Positions 38,342 to 47,674 of a DNA stretch of 61,103 nt are shown in pieces. The DNA is taken from assembly GCA_964195565.1 (NCBI GenBank), contig CAXMRN010000228.1, positions 1 to 61,103 of the forward strand, in the 5' to 3' direction. The DNA is from an uncultured Polyangiaceae bacterium. Its GTDB lineage: Bacteria; Myxococcota_A; Polyangia; Polyangiales; Houyiibacteriaceae. The translations under genes were made by a program, and so were the position numbers. The notes under the pieces are model-generated. The model did not search any database. It saw only the letters and a list, made by a program, of their open reading frames with translations, and had not been told where the DNA came from. Within the stretch, counting starts at the first letter, position 1. Each line of letters starts with the position of its first letter.

Positions 38342-39796
38342 ATGCCGTCCACAGAATCGACTCCCGCTCCGACGAAGGGGCCGCTCTGCGTGGACCTCGA
38401 TGGCACACTCGTTGCCACCGACACCTTGGCCGAGAGCTTCCTCGGCCTGTTGAAGACCGCGCCTTGGAAGCTCTTCGGGCTCCTCGCGGCGTGGATGGGG
38501 GGGCGACCGAAGCTCAAGCGTTTCATGGTGCGCAATGCGCCGGTCGACCCGGCCACGCTTCCCTACCGCGAAGAAGTGTTGGAGGAGATGCGCCGCGCGC
38601 GCGACGACGGCCGCCGCGTGCTCCTCGTCACCGCGTCGGACCAGGGCACGGCAGACTTGGTTGCGGGCCACCTCGCGCTTTTCGACGAGGCGATCGGGAG
38701 CAACGGCGAGAACAATCTCAAGGCTCAGCACAAAGCCGACTACCTCACGTCGCGCTTTGAAGCCGGCGGCTTTCAGTACATCGGTGATTCGCGTGCCGAC
38801 TTGCCCGTCTGGAAGGCGGCCAACGAGGCGATCATGGTGTGGCCGAGCTCGAGCACACGGATGGCCGCCGAGCGTTCGGTTCCGAAGGTGCGCGTGCTCT
38901 CAGAACGGCCGAGCCAATGGAAGGCCGCCGTCAGAGAACTTCGGCCCCATCAGTGGGCGAAGAACGTGTTGCTGTTCGTGCCGCTCTACTTCTCACATCA
39001 GTACACGGATCTGCACCTGGTCTTCACGGCGGTGATGGCATTCCTGTCGTTCTCCTTCTGTGCATCGTCGATCTACGTGCTGAACGACCTGGTCGACCTT
39101 CCGTCTGACCGACAGCACAGGACCAAGAGTCAGCGCCCGCTCGCTGCCGGCACACTGTCGATTCCGAGCGGCATCGTGCTGTCGGCCGGATCTCTGGCGC
39201 TGGCGGTCGCCCTTGCCGCGATCTTCGTGAATTCGGCCTTTGTCCTCGTGTTGTTTGGATACGTCGTGCTCACGACGGCGTACACGTTCGTCCTCAAGCA
39301 GAGGATGATCGTCGATGTGCTCACGCTCGCCTCGTTGTTCACCTATCGCGTCTTTGCAGGTGGCGTCGCGGTGAGTGTGTCTCTTTCACCGTGGTTGCTC
39401 GCCTTCTCGATCTTCTTCTTCACCAGCCTCGCCTTCGTGAAGCGGTACGCGGAGCTGATCCAAATCAAGGGTGACCCGACGCAGTCACTCAAGGGCCGCG
39501 ACTACGTTCCGGCAGACCTCCCAATCATCGCATCCGCCGGACCAGCGGCGGGGTTGATCGCCGTGCTCGTGTTCGCTCTCTACATCAACAGCCCGACGAT
39601 GGTGGTGTACTACTCTCGTCCTGAGGCACTCTGGGGCATTTGCCTGATCCTGGTGTACTGGATCATCCGCATCTGGTTCCTCGCAGCGCGCAACCAGATG
39701 CACGACGACCCCGTGCTCTTCGCCGTGAAGGACAGAATCAGCTTGGCGGCTGGCGCCCTGGTCGTCGCTTGCCTGCTGGTCGCACGCTACGCGTAG
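38342..39796 (+). CDS. HAD-fused UbiA-family prenyltransferase (polyprenyl-phosphate phosphoribosyltransferase-like)
   Basis: N-terminal DLDGTL, then RPHQWAKN, YVLNDLVD...DRQH.TK..RPLAAG, KRYAE and HDDPV; multiple TMs. Confidence 0.9.
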   Translation: MPSTESTPAPTKGPLCVDLDGTLVATDTLAESFLGLLKTAPWKLFGLLAAWMGGRPKLKRFMVRNAPVDPATLPYREEVLEEMRRARDDGRRVLLVTASDQGTADLVAGHLALFDEAIGSNGENNLKAQHKADYLTSRFEAGGFQYIGDSRADLPVWKAANEAIMVWPSSSTRMAAERSVPKVRVLSERPSQWKAAVRELRPHQWAKNVLLFVPLYFSHQYTDLHLVFTAVMAFLSFSFCASSIYVLNDLVDLPSDRQHRTKSQRPLAAGTLSIPSGIVLSAGSLALAVALAAIFVNSAFVLVLFGYVVLTTAYTFVLKQRMIVDVLTLASLFTYRVFAGGVAVSVSLSPWLLAFSIFFFTSLAFVKRYAELIQIKGDPTQSLKGRDYVPADLPIIASAGPAAGLIAVLVFALYINSPTMVVYYSRPEALWGICLILVYWIIRIWFLAARNQMHDDPVLFAVKDRISLAAGALVVACLLVARYA

Positions 39797-39797
39797 C

Positions 39798-40346
39798 TCA
39801 GAACAGCTCCATCTGTCCGGGCTGTACGACGCCCTCGTGGAAACGGACGCCCTCGAGCTCGAGCAACAGCTGCTTACGTTCGATTCCGCCGCCGTAGCCA
39901 CCAAGGTGATGCCCCGCTTCGACGACCCGGTGGCAGGGCACGATGATGGGGACGGGATTGACGTGATTGGCTTGGCCCACCGCCCGCATTGCGCGTGGCG
40001 AGCGGATCTCCTGGGCGACGCCTCCGTAGGTGCGGACCTGGCCCCAGGGGATGTCGCGGAGCGCATTCCAGACGCGCAGTTGAAAATCGGTGCCCCGCAG
40101 ATCGAGTGGCACCGCCGCGAAGTCTTCGGGTGCCCCTTCGAAATAGCTGCTCAACGGCTCGACGTAGACGTCGGGAACAGCGCTCTGATCGGCCAAGGCG
40201 TCACTCAGGCGTTCGTAGGCAAGTCGCAGCAACCCTGCGTCGCTCCATTCGAGCCAGAGTGTCCCGAGGCCGTCGGCCTCGAAGGTGCCCCACCCCGCGA
40301 CCGGAGCTTGGTTGGGCTCCCCGGCGGTGATACCTTCTGCGGTCAT
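39798..40346 (-). CDS. ogt: Methylated-DNA--protein-cysteine methyltransferase
   Basis: GTDFQLRVW, IPWGQVRTYG, RAVGQAN, PCHRV and GGYGGG; start inferred. Confidence 0.93.
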   Translation of the reverse strand: MTAEGITAGEPNQAPVAGWGTFEADGLGTLWLEWSDAGLLRLAYERLSDALADQSAVPDVYVEPLSSYFEGAPEDFAAVPLDLRGTDFQLRVWNALRDIPWGQVRTYGGVAQEIRSPRAMRAVGQANHVNPVPIIVPCHRVVEAGHHLGGYGGGIERKQLLLELEGVRFHEGVVQPGQMELF

Positions 40347-40803
40347 GGCTCGCTTGCTCTGTTCATGTTGCCTGTTGGTTTCAATTGCATGCGGACCGAG
40401 CCTTAAACAAGCCCAAAGGAGCACCGAGTACTATGAGCAGTGCTACGGCGCAGATTTCGATCCATCGGTGACCCCCGACCAGCGTCGTGGTTGCTGGAGC
40501 CGCTGGCTCGAAGAGCAGGCCGACAACCAACCACCGGAACGCATTCGCTACGCCGAAATGCGCCTTCAACAGCTCGCGGTCGACGGATCGACGAGGCCGC
40601 TTCCCCACCAGGAGCCCGAGCCGATCCCCGCGCGCGAGCACGAGTATCCACGAGCGCCACCCGGGGAGTACCACACGGCCCCCTGTATTCCGCTTTGCAA
40701 CGATCGCTGGGCGGGTTGCAACACCTACTGCGACATGAAGGACAAGAACTGCGTCGCGGCTTGTGAGAGCGAGTTTCGGGTGTGCGTCAATGGATGTCCG
40801 TAG
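40345..40803 (+). CDS. Cys-rich lipoprotein
   Basis: MARLLCSCCLLVSIAC lipobox; C-terminal 8-Cys periodic motif. Confidence 0.75.
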   Translation: MARLLCSCCLLVSIACGPSLKQAQRSTEYYEQCYGADFDPSVTPDQRRGCWSRWLEEQADNQPPERIRYAEMRLQQLAVDGSTRPLPHQEPEPIPAREHEYPRAPPGEYHTAPCIPLCNDRWAGCNTYCDMKDKNCVAACESEFRVCVNGCP

Positions 40804-40824
40804 TGCGGACGCGGCGCAGATGAC

Positions 40825-41682
40825 ATGAACGGGTTGCTCACGGTCGTGACGCTGGTGGCGTTTGCTGCGAACTCGCTGTTTTGTCGGATGGCGCTTGGGG
40901 CTGAGCTGATCGACCCGGTTGCGTTTACCGCGATTCGGCTTGGGAGCGGGGTTGCCGTGTTGCTTCCGCTGGCTGCTTTGACATCAGAGTCGCGCCCGCT
41001 GGGGCGGTCCGCGGGGTCGTGGGGGTCGGGCGTCGCCCTCTTCCTCTATGCGATGGCATTCTCGCTTGCCTACGTGTCGTTGGAGACCGGAATGGGTGCG
41101 CTGATTCTCTTCGGGTCTGTGCAGGCGACGATGATTGGGGTTGGGCTTTGGCGCGGGGAGCGCCCCCGGCCGCGCGAGTGGATCGGCCTCGTCGTCGCGA
41201 TGAGCGGGCTCGTCTATCTAGTGTTGCCCGGCATCGCTGCGCCGGACCCTGTCGGGGCGTTGCTGATGCTCGCGTCCGGGGTCGGGTGGGGAATCTATTC
41301 GCTTCGCGGCAAGGGTGCCCCGGCACCCGTAGCCGCTACGGCCGGCAACTTCCTGCGCGCCCTTCCCTTCGCTCTTCTTGCCATCCTGGTCGCGTGGCGG
41401 TCGCTACACACGACGCCACGCGGAGTGACCCTGGCCGTCGTCTCGGGGTCTCTCACCTCGGGACTCGGGTACGTGGCCTGGTACCTCGCCCTCCGCGGCC
41501 TCACGGCGACTCGAGCGGCTATCGTTCAGCTTGCCGTACCCGTCTTCGCCGGAATCGGCGGGATTATGGTCCTTTCCGAGGAGCCCACCCTGCGCCTGGC
41601 CATCTCGAGTGTATTGATCCTTGGTGGCGTGGGCGTGGCGGTCTTGGCGCATCGCACGAATTCGGGTGTGGTGAGCGATTAG
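40825..41682 (+). CDS. DMT/EamA-family transporter
   Basis: About 10 TM segments; AFAANSLFCRMAL, YAMAFSLAY, SGLGY and QLAVPV. Confidence 0.9.
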   Translation: MNGLLTVVTLVAFAANSLFCRMALGAELIDPVAFTAIRLGSGVAVLLPLAALTSESRPLGRSAGSWGSGVALFLYAMAFSLAYVSLETGMGALILFGSVQATMIGVGLWRGERPRPREWIGLVVAMSGLVYLVLPGIAAPDPVGALLMLASGVGWGIYSLRGKGAPAPVAATAGNFLRALPFALLAILVAWRSLHTTPRGVTLAVVSGSLTSGLGYVAWYLALRGLTATRAAIVQLAVPVFAGIGGIMVLSEEPTLRLAISSVLILGGVGVAVLAHRTNSGVVSD

Positions 41683-41718
41683 CGTTTCATCGCCCCGAGA
41701 GATGTGCGAAACGGGATC

Positions 41719-42153
41719 ATGGGTGCTGAAACCAATGATGTCTGGCCGAGCGGGATGCCGAGGGTTGGTCAGCGTGCGGAACGAACGCGGGCTGTCCAAG
41801 CACGCGACATCGAGTTGTTCACAGAGATCTCCGGCGACCGCAATCCGCTTCACTACGACGAGGAACTAGCGAAGGCCACGCGGTTTGGGGGAATCGTGGT
41901 TCAGGGTGGCATCACGAGCGCCATTCTCAACGCCGTCGTCGCGGAGGATCTGCCAGGCCCCGGAACCGTGTTCTTGCACGTCGACTGGAGCTTCAAGGCG
42001 CCGGTGCGGCCCGGGGATGAGATCACGGGCAGGGTCGAAGTCCTCGAAGTGAGGACCGACAAGCCGATTACGAAGCTCAAGACCGAGGTCGTGCGCGAGG
42101 ACGGGACCGTCGTGCTGGAGGGCGAGGTGCTCTGCTACACGATGCCGCTTTAG
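41719..42153 (+). CDS. MaoC-family dehydratase
   Basis: SGDRNPLHYD, LPGPG and FKAPVRPGD. Confidence 0.9.
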   Translation: MGAETNDVWPSGMPRVGQRAERTRAVQARDIELFTEISGDRNPLHYDEELAKATRFGGIVVQGGITSAILNAVVAEDLPGPGTVFLHVDWSFKAPVRPGDEITGRVEVLEVRTDKPITKLKTEVVREDGTVVLEGEVLCYTMPL

Positions 42154-44549
42154 TGCTGATGCTGGTCGAGGACTTTTTTCGACAGCGGACGCAGCAGCAA
42201 CCCGTAGAACATCTCCAGATACCGCCGCGTCTCGTCGCGCTCGAGCGATGAGATGTAGCGCCAGAAGCCGTAGATCCGGGACAGCTTGAGGAGGGTCGAG
42301 GCATAGAGCTTCCAGTTGTATCGCTCGTCGACGCGCGCGATGCCGCCCCTGGAGATCGAATCCCAGGTGTTCGGGTCTTTCTCACAAGCCCGGAAGAATT
42401 CGAGCAGCTTCTGACTCGTCGCGGCGCCCTGATTGGGGTCGATGTGGAAGCCAGATAGGCCATCCTCGATGATCTCGAGGGGGCCGCCGTAGCGAGTTGC
42501 GAAGGTCGGTAGGCCACTGCTCATCGATTCGATGACGGTGAGGCCAAACGCTTCGAAGAGCGCGGGCTGCACGAAGGCGCCCCGCTGGTCGGCGACGAAG
42601 CGGTAGAGCCCCCCCACCTTGTTCTTGTCGGTCTGCATCTCGACCCAGCGGACGCTGCCCTCGAGATCGTATTGGTCAAAGAGCGAGTGCGTGCGCTCGA
42701 TTTGCTCCCGCTCGTCGCGGTCGCCGGACTCTTCGGCACGCAGTCGGCCCCCGACGATGAGTAGGTTGGCGGCGTTTCGGAGCTCGTCGTTCTGCGCGTA
42801 CCACTCGACCAAGCCGGCCATGTTCTTGATTCTGTCTAGCCGCGACATGGAGAACAGCAGTGGCTTGTCTTGGTCTTTCATGGACCCCCGAAAGGCGCAG
42901 TCCGGTGATCCGTACACCATCGTCTCGATCTCCGCGCGGAGCTCTTCGGGGCGACGCCCCTCATCGAAGTATGGGAAGAAGACGCGCGTATCGGCGCCCG
43001 GCGAGACGACGTTGAACTTTGGGTCGAAACAGTCGATCCCGGAGACGACGCGGTACAGACGGGGCAGGGTGAACGAGCTGTAGCTCTCGTACTGTCCAAC
43101 ACTCTCCGCAGTCCCGGCGATTTCCTGATAGGTGCTGGTGATGATGAAGTCGGCCGTGTTCATCGCCATGAGGTCGGCGGTGTACTGCGCGGCAAAGTGA
43201 TGCTCTGCTTCGTGGTCCTGCCAGTACACATCCGACAACAGATACTTCGTCTTCTCGAGGGCGTGGGCGATATTGCACTGCGTGACCCCAAGTCGATGCG
43301 CCATGATACTGGCGACGAGATTGCCGTCGGAATAGTTCCCAATGACGAAGTCGGGCGTCATGCCAGCGAGCTCCGCGAGAAGCTCGCGCTCCGCGTCGAC
43401 GGCGTAGCGTTCCAAATACGGCCACACCTCGAATCGTGAGATCCACTGCGGAATGACCTCGCCTGTTTCGTAGGTGCGGAAAGGCACACGGAGGATGCGC
43501 GCGTTCTCCGTCCCGAGGATCGGCTCGATGCGCTGATCGCAAGTCGTCCCGTCTGCTTCCGGGATCAATCGCGTGAGCACCACGATCTGTGGGGCGATGT
43601 CGAGTCCTTGCTCGTGGATCGACTGCCGCATCTCACGCTCGAGGGCGCGAACCTGGTCCAGGATGTAGACGACTTGCCCGCCGGTGTCGGGCTTGCCGAG
43701 GACGTTCGATTGTCCGAAATAGCCGTGCGGCGAAAGAATGGCGATTGAAAAGATCATCGGCATGCGCGCGAGAAAGCTCTCGAGGTTCGCCGCAGACGGG
43801 GCTTCGAGGATGTCGCGCAGGAGCCCCATCGTCTCGTTGATGCGCGCTGGCGTTCGTCCCCAGCCCGCCTCGAAACCTAGCCTCCGGAGCTGGCGCGTGA
43901 GGCCGGAGCTCTCCGTCGAATGCTCTTCGAGCAGTTTCATCGCGCGGTCCAGGGCTTCGCGAAGCTCTTCGGTGTCGTGCAGCGTCCCGTTCAACATCAG
44001 CTGTTGACCGCGAACCTGGTGCACCTGCAAGAAGTCGAAGAGGAGAGTCTCCCCGCGACCGCCGTCCATGAAGAGCCGTCCGGACAGATGACGGTTGAGG
44101 AACTCGACGCCGCGTCCGATGCTCCGGGAATCTTTGAGCTTGGGGAAGCCTCGCTCGAACGGGCTCAGGTCGACCTCGAGCACATAGCGATCGCCCTTGG
44201 GGAGCCCTGCCGCGACGCGTTCCTTGACGTCCAAGAACTCCGCCACGGTGAGCTCTCTGCAGTGCATCTCCTCGGTGTGTACTTGTACGAACTGCCAGCG
44301 CCCCACGCGCGTCCGAACCGCGAGGCTGACGAACGGCTCGTCGATGGCGGCCTCCTGCGCATGCCGCATGATCGACGACAACTCCGTCTCGAGAAGGGGC
44401 GCACCCACTGTCGACTCGCAGAACTGTTCGTACTCGTGGACCAAGTCCGACCACAGGAGGAACTTCCGATCCAACGCCTTGAGGCGCCTGAACAGAAGGT
44501 AAATCGGTTCGCGATGGGCCTGGAGCAACGCTTCGAGCTCTTGAATCAT
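42150..44549 (-). CDS. susA: Sucrose synthase (GT4)
   Basis: 799 aa; SIGRGVEFLNRHLS, SPHGYFGQ, PDTGGQVVYILDQVRALE, GNYSDGN, HALEKTKY, RLDRIKN and EAFGLTV. Confidence 0.96.
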   Translation of the reverse strand: MIQELEALLQAHREPIYLLFRRLKALDRKFLLWSDLVHEYEQFCESTVGAPLLETELSSIMRHAQEAAIDEPFVSLAVRTRVGRWQFVQVHTEEMHCRELTVAEFLDVKERVAAGLPKGDRYVLEVDLSPFERGFPKLKDSRSIGRGVEFLNRHLSGRLFMDGGRGETLLFDFLQVHQVRGQQLMLNGTLHDTEELREALDRAMKLLEEHSTESSGLTRQLRRLGFEAGWGRTPARINETMGLLRDILEAPSAANLESFLARMPMIFSIAILSPHGYFGQSNVLGKPDTGGQVVYILDQVRALEREMRQSIHEQGLDIAPQIVVLTRLIPEADGTTCDQRIEPILGTENARILRVPFRTYETGEVIPQWISRFEVWPYLERYAVDAERELLAELAGMTPDFVIGNYSDGNLVASIMAHRLGVTQCNIAHALEKTKYLLSDVYWQDHEAEHHFAAQYTADLMAMNTADFIITSTYQEIAGTAESVGQYESYSSFTLPRLYRVVSGIDCFDPKFNVVSPGADTRVFFPYFDEGRRPEELRAEIETMVYGSPDCAFRGSMKDQDKPLLFSMSRLDRIKNMAGLVEWYAQNDELRNAANLLIVGGRLRAEESGDRDEREQIERTHSLFDQYDLEGSVRWVEMQTDKNKVGGLYRFVADQRGAFVQPALFEAFGLTVIESMSSGLPTFATRYGGPLEIIEDGLSGFHIDPNQGAATSQKLLEFFRACEKDPNTWDSISRGGIARVDERYNWKLYASTLLKLSRIYGFWRYISSLERDETRRYLEMFYGLLLRPLSKKVLDQHQH

Positions 44550-47500
44550 TCGTGGTCCTCTGTTGGGACCCGAATGTCCCCTAAGAAATCATAGTGATCG
44601 ATGCCCTCGAGGATACCTCGGGCGTGTGGATTTTCCGCAAAGTGCACGCGTGGCCGTCCGCGCAGTCGTTCGAGCTCCGGCGTGTGGTTGCTCACCACGA
44701 CACCCAACGTGTCTCCTGAAAGCATGTCCCAGTCGTTCCCGGAATCGCCTGCCACGAGCAAGCGCTGCGGCTCCAGGTTCCATTTGAAACAGAAAAACCG
44801 AATCGCAAGCCCCGGTGACGCGCGGACCGGAATCACATCGAGGTAGACCTCGTGGTCGAGGATGGTCGTCACTCGGAGGCCCTCTTGGCGAACGAGGCGC
44901 CGGATTTCACGGAGACTGGGGGCCTGCTTTGGGTCGAGGCGATATCGAAGACGGTACTTGGTTTCGGATTTGGCCACTCGGCTCAGGCCGGGAATCGCGC
45001 CGACGACGCGATGCACCTCGTCGCGGTTCCATCGGTAGCGGATTTGCCGCTCCCAGGATCGGTCAGGCAGCAGGCGGGTGCCGTAGTGGAGCTCGGTCCC
45101 CGCCGCAGTGATGAGAAGGTCGGGCACCCTCACCTCGAGCTCCTTCATGAGGTCGAGAGATTCGTTCAGATTTCGTCCGGTAGCGATGCCAAAGCCGACT
45201 TTGGCGTCGGTCGTTTCGAGTTTCTGCAGCAGGATCGCCAAGGCTTCGTCGTCGCCGGTGAGCGTGTCATCGACGTCGGTCACGAGTACCCGGTCGATGC
45301 CTGCGAGTTTGCTCCGGAGCCGATGGACCGGCTGCGTGCCCCTCACGATTTTGCGGACCTCCTGCACGTAGCGGGCCGCGTGGCTATCCCAGGAGTAGTT
45401 CGCGTGTGCAGCGGCGAGGCCCGCCTTGGACCAACGGCTCCAACGCGCCGAGTCACTCAGAGCGTCCCGAATCGCTTCGCCGATCGCGTTTGAATCGAGG
45501 GCGTCGACCAGGAGTCCGTTGTTACAGGCGCCGATGATGTCCTGCGGACCCCCGTCGTCTGTGGCCACGACCGGGAGCCCCGTAGCGGCAGCCTCGAGCA
45601 GCGTCAGTCCGAACGGTTCGGTTAGCGCAGGATTGACGAACAAGCCCCTCGTCTGTGCCGCCAACTTGTAGAGATCGGGCACGTCGGTCGAGTCGTGATG
45701 CTTCGGGTATGCCGCCGAGCCGTAGAGGTCGTAGCGGTCGATCAACCCCAGAATGTTCCTGAGGACGCGGCGTTGACCAGCACTCATCTCCGCGATGTCG
45801 TCGCGGTTTCCCGCGACGATGATCAGGTTGGCCAGCTCACGGAGCCCGTCGGTCTCGCCAAATGCGCGCACCAGGCCTTCGAAGTTCTTTCGCTCGTCTG
45901 CTCTGGCCAACGCGAGGACCATCGGCTTGCGCGGATCGGCCAAAAAGCGGTCGAGCTCGCCGGCGATGCGCGGGCGTGACCACCCCGACTCTGGAGGAGA
46001 GAAACGCGACAGGTCAACGCCCGGCGGAATCACCTGCATGCGGTCGGGCTGGTAGTGGTCGTAGAGCTCATACTGCTCGCTAACCTCTTGGCGAGTACTG
46101 GCGATGACCAAGGCGGCCGTCTCGACGGCCCGTTCCTCGGCTTCGATTCGCTGTGTGAACCGGTACGTTTGCTCACTGGCTTCGCCCCGGGATTCGAGCC
46201 GCAGCTTTTTGACCCGGCCGAGCGAGTGGCCCGTGAAGACGAATGGCACACCGAGCAGCTTTGCGAGCTGAGCGCCAAGATAGCCCGCGTCTGCGTAGTG
46301 ACCATGGATCACGTCGGGGGTTCGCTCTTGCATCCGTACGTAGCGCGTGAGCTGATCCAGGAGGCTGTCGAGATGGGGCCAGAGGGTCTCTTTGCGGAGA
46401 TAACGGCGGGGGCCAAATGGAATGCGGACGATCTGCGCGCCCTTGCAGATCGGTTCGAACGGTCGTGAGTAGCTGTCGTCGACCCTTCGGTCCTCGATGA
46501 GTCGCGTCACGACGTCAACTCGTTCGACGTCAGGGTGTTGGGCGAGCGCCCTGGCCTGGTCCACCACGTACGAAACCTGGCCCCCTGTGTCGGCGTCCCG
46601 TCCAAGCTCGATATCGGTCGCGCGCACCAAACCGTGGATGGTGAGCGACAGGACGTAGAGGCCCTCGGAGCCAGGCGCACTGATCGACCCGGCGCTCGTG
46701 TCTTCGGACCAGGTGGCTAGGTGCCGCTCATACAGGGCGAAGTCGGGGGTGGTCGCACCACGGACCGCGCACAAGTCCGCCGCGAATCGGGCCGCGCGGT
46801 CGAGGGTCGTCTGGTGGTCCCAATCGTGAAGCAATCCGAGGCACACGACGGCGCTGAACGCGTCGCCCGCTCCCACTGTATCGACGATGTCGGTGACCGG
46901 CGCAGCCGCTGCTTCAAAGACCCGCTTGCCGTCCACGATCGATAGCGCGCCCCGTGAACCCCGAGTCACAATCACGCCGTCGATCGAGTGGTCACTCGCC
47001 AGCCGGAGTGCCGCGTCTCTGCATTCTTCGAATGTGCGCGTCGGCCGGCCGGAAAGATCCGCGAGCTCGTTGTCGTTGAGCTTGATCCAGTCTGCGGTCG
47101 ATAAGCACCAATCGACTTTTTCTTTCGTCCACCAGGGATCGCGAAGGTTGAGGTCGACGAACGTCGGGGCATCGGCCTTGTCCCTCAACGCGCGCAACGT
47201 ATTCCAGCTATCAGCGGCGCGAAGGGCGAGCGTCCCGTGGTAGAGGAGGCCGGCCGGCTTCTCCGACGCGGCCCGAACGGCATGGTCGCGGTGGATGAAG
47301 TCCCACGCCTGGGCCGGCGCGATCTCGAAGTGGTTCTCGCCGCCGACGACCGTTGCGGTGACTCTTCCCGTCGGATGGGTGGCGTCGGTCTGCACGCCGT
47401 CCGTCATCAGATCCCAGCTGGTCATCCGCTCGAGGACCTCGCGACCGTCGGCGTCTTCTCCCACCGCACTGACCACCAGGGGATTCGCCCCGAAGCCCCG

Positions 47501-47611
47501 CAGATGCCAAGCGACATTGAACGGCGCGCCACCCAACACACGACTCCCGTCGACGAAGTGGTCGAAGAGAACCTCGCCAAAAATGACAGGGCGATTGTGG
47601 AAACGGTGCAC
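44546..47611 (-). CDS. Triple fusion: PfkB fructokinase + sucrose-phosphate synthase (GT4) + HAD-IIB sucrose-phosphatase domain
   Basis: PfkB: GEVLFD, GGAPFNVA, DLNLR, DTVGAGDAF. SPS: HGLVR...ELGRDADTGGQ, HGHYADAG, TGHSLGRVK, EPFGLTLLEA. HAD: TDVDDTL, ATGR, GDSGND. One frame with no internal stop. Confidence 0.93.
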   Translation of the reverse strand: MHRFHNRPVIFGEVLFDHFVDGSRVLGGAPFNVAWHLRGFGANPLVVSAVGEDADGREVLERMTSWDLMTDGVQTDATHPTGRVTATVVGGENHFEIAPAQAWDFIHRDHAVRAASEKPAGLLYHGTLALRAADSWNTLRALRDKADAPTFVDLNLRDPWWTKEKVDWCLSTADWIKLNDNELADLSGRPTRTFEECRDAALRLASDHSIDGVIVTRGSRGALSIVDGKRVFEAAAAPVTDIVDTVGAGDAFSAVVCLGLLHDWDHQTTLDRAARFAADLCAVRGATTPDFALYERHLATWSEDTSAGSISAPGSEGLYVLSLTIHGLVRATDIELGRDADTGGQVSYVVDQARALAQHPDVERVDVVTRLIEDRRVDDSYSRPFEPICKGAQIVRIPFGPRRYLRKETLWPHLDSLLDQLTRYVRMQERTPDVIHGHYADAGYLGAQLAKLLGVPFVFTGHSLGRVKKLRLESRGEASEQTYRFTQRIEAEERAVETAALVIASTRQEVSEQYELYDHYQPDRMQVIPPGVDLSRFSPPESGWSRPRIAGELDRFLADPRKPMVLALARADERKNFEGLVRAFGETDGLRELANLIIVAGNRDDIAEMSAGQRRVLRNILGLIDRYDLYGSAAYPKHHDSTDVPDLYKLAAQTRGLFVNPALTEPFGLTLLEAAATGLPVVATDDGGPQDIIGACNNGLLVDALDSNAIGEAIRDALSDSARWSRWSKAGLAAAHANYSWDSHAARYVQEVRKIVRGTQPVHRLRSKLAGIDRVLVTDVDDTLTGDDEALAILLQKLETTDAKVGFGIATGRNLNESLDLMKELEVRVPDLLITAAGTELHYGTRLLPDRSWERQIRYRWNRDEVHRVVGAIPGLSRVAKSETKYRLRYRLDPKQAPSLREIRRLVRQEGLRVTTILDHEVYLDVIPVRASPGLAIRFFCFKWNLEPQRLLVAGDSGNDWDMLSGDTLGVVVSNHTPELERLRGRPRVHFAENPHARGILEGIDHYDFLGDIRVPTEDHE

Positions 47612-47630
47612 GGCTTCTTACCTGACGCCT

Positions 47631-47644
47631 TCCTGCGTGCAGGA
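47631..47644. promoter_or_regulatory. Dyad TCCTGC-GT-GCAGGA between the divergent sps and spp genes (possible operator)
   Basis: Perfect 6-bp arms inside the 63-nt intergenic gap. Confidence 0.35.
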
Positions 47645-47674
47645 GGGTTCGGTCCTCGCTAAGCTCACGTCCGG

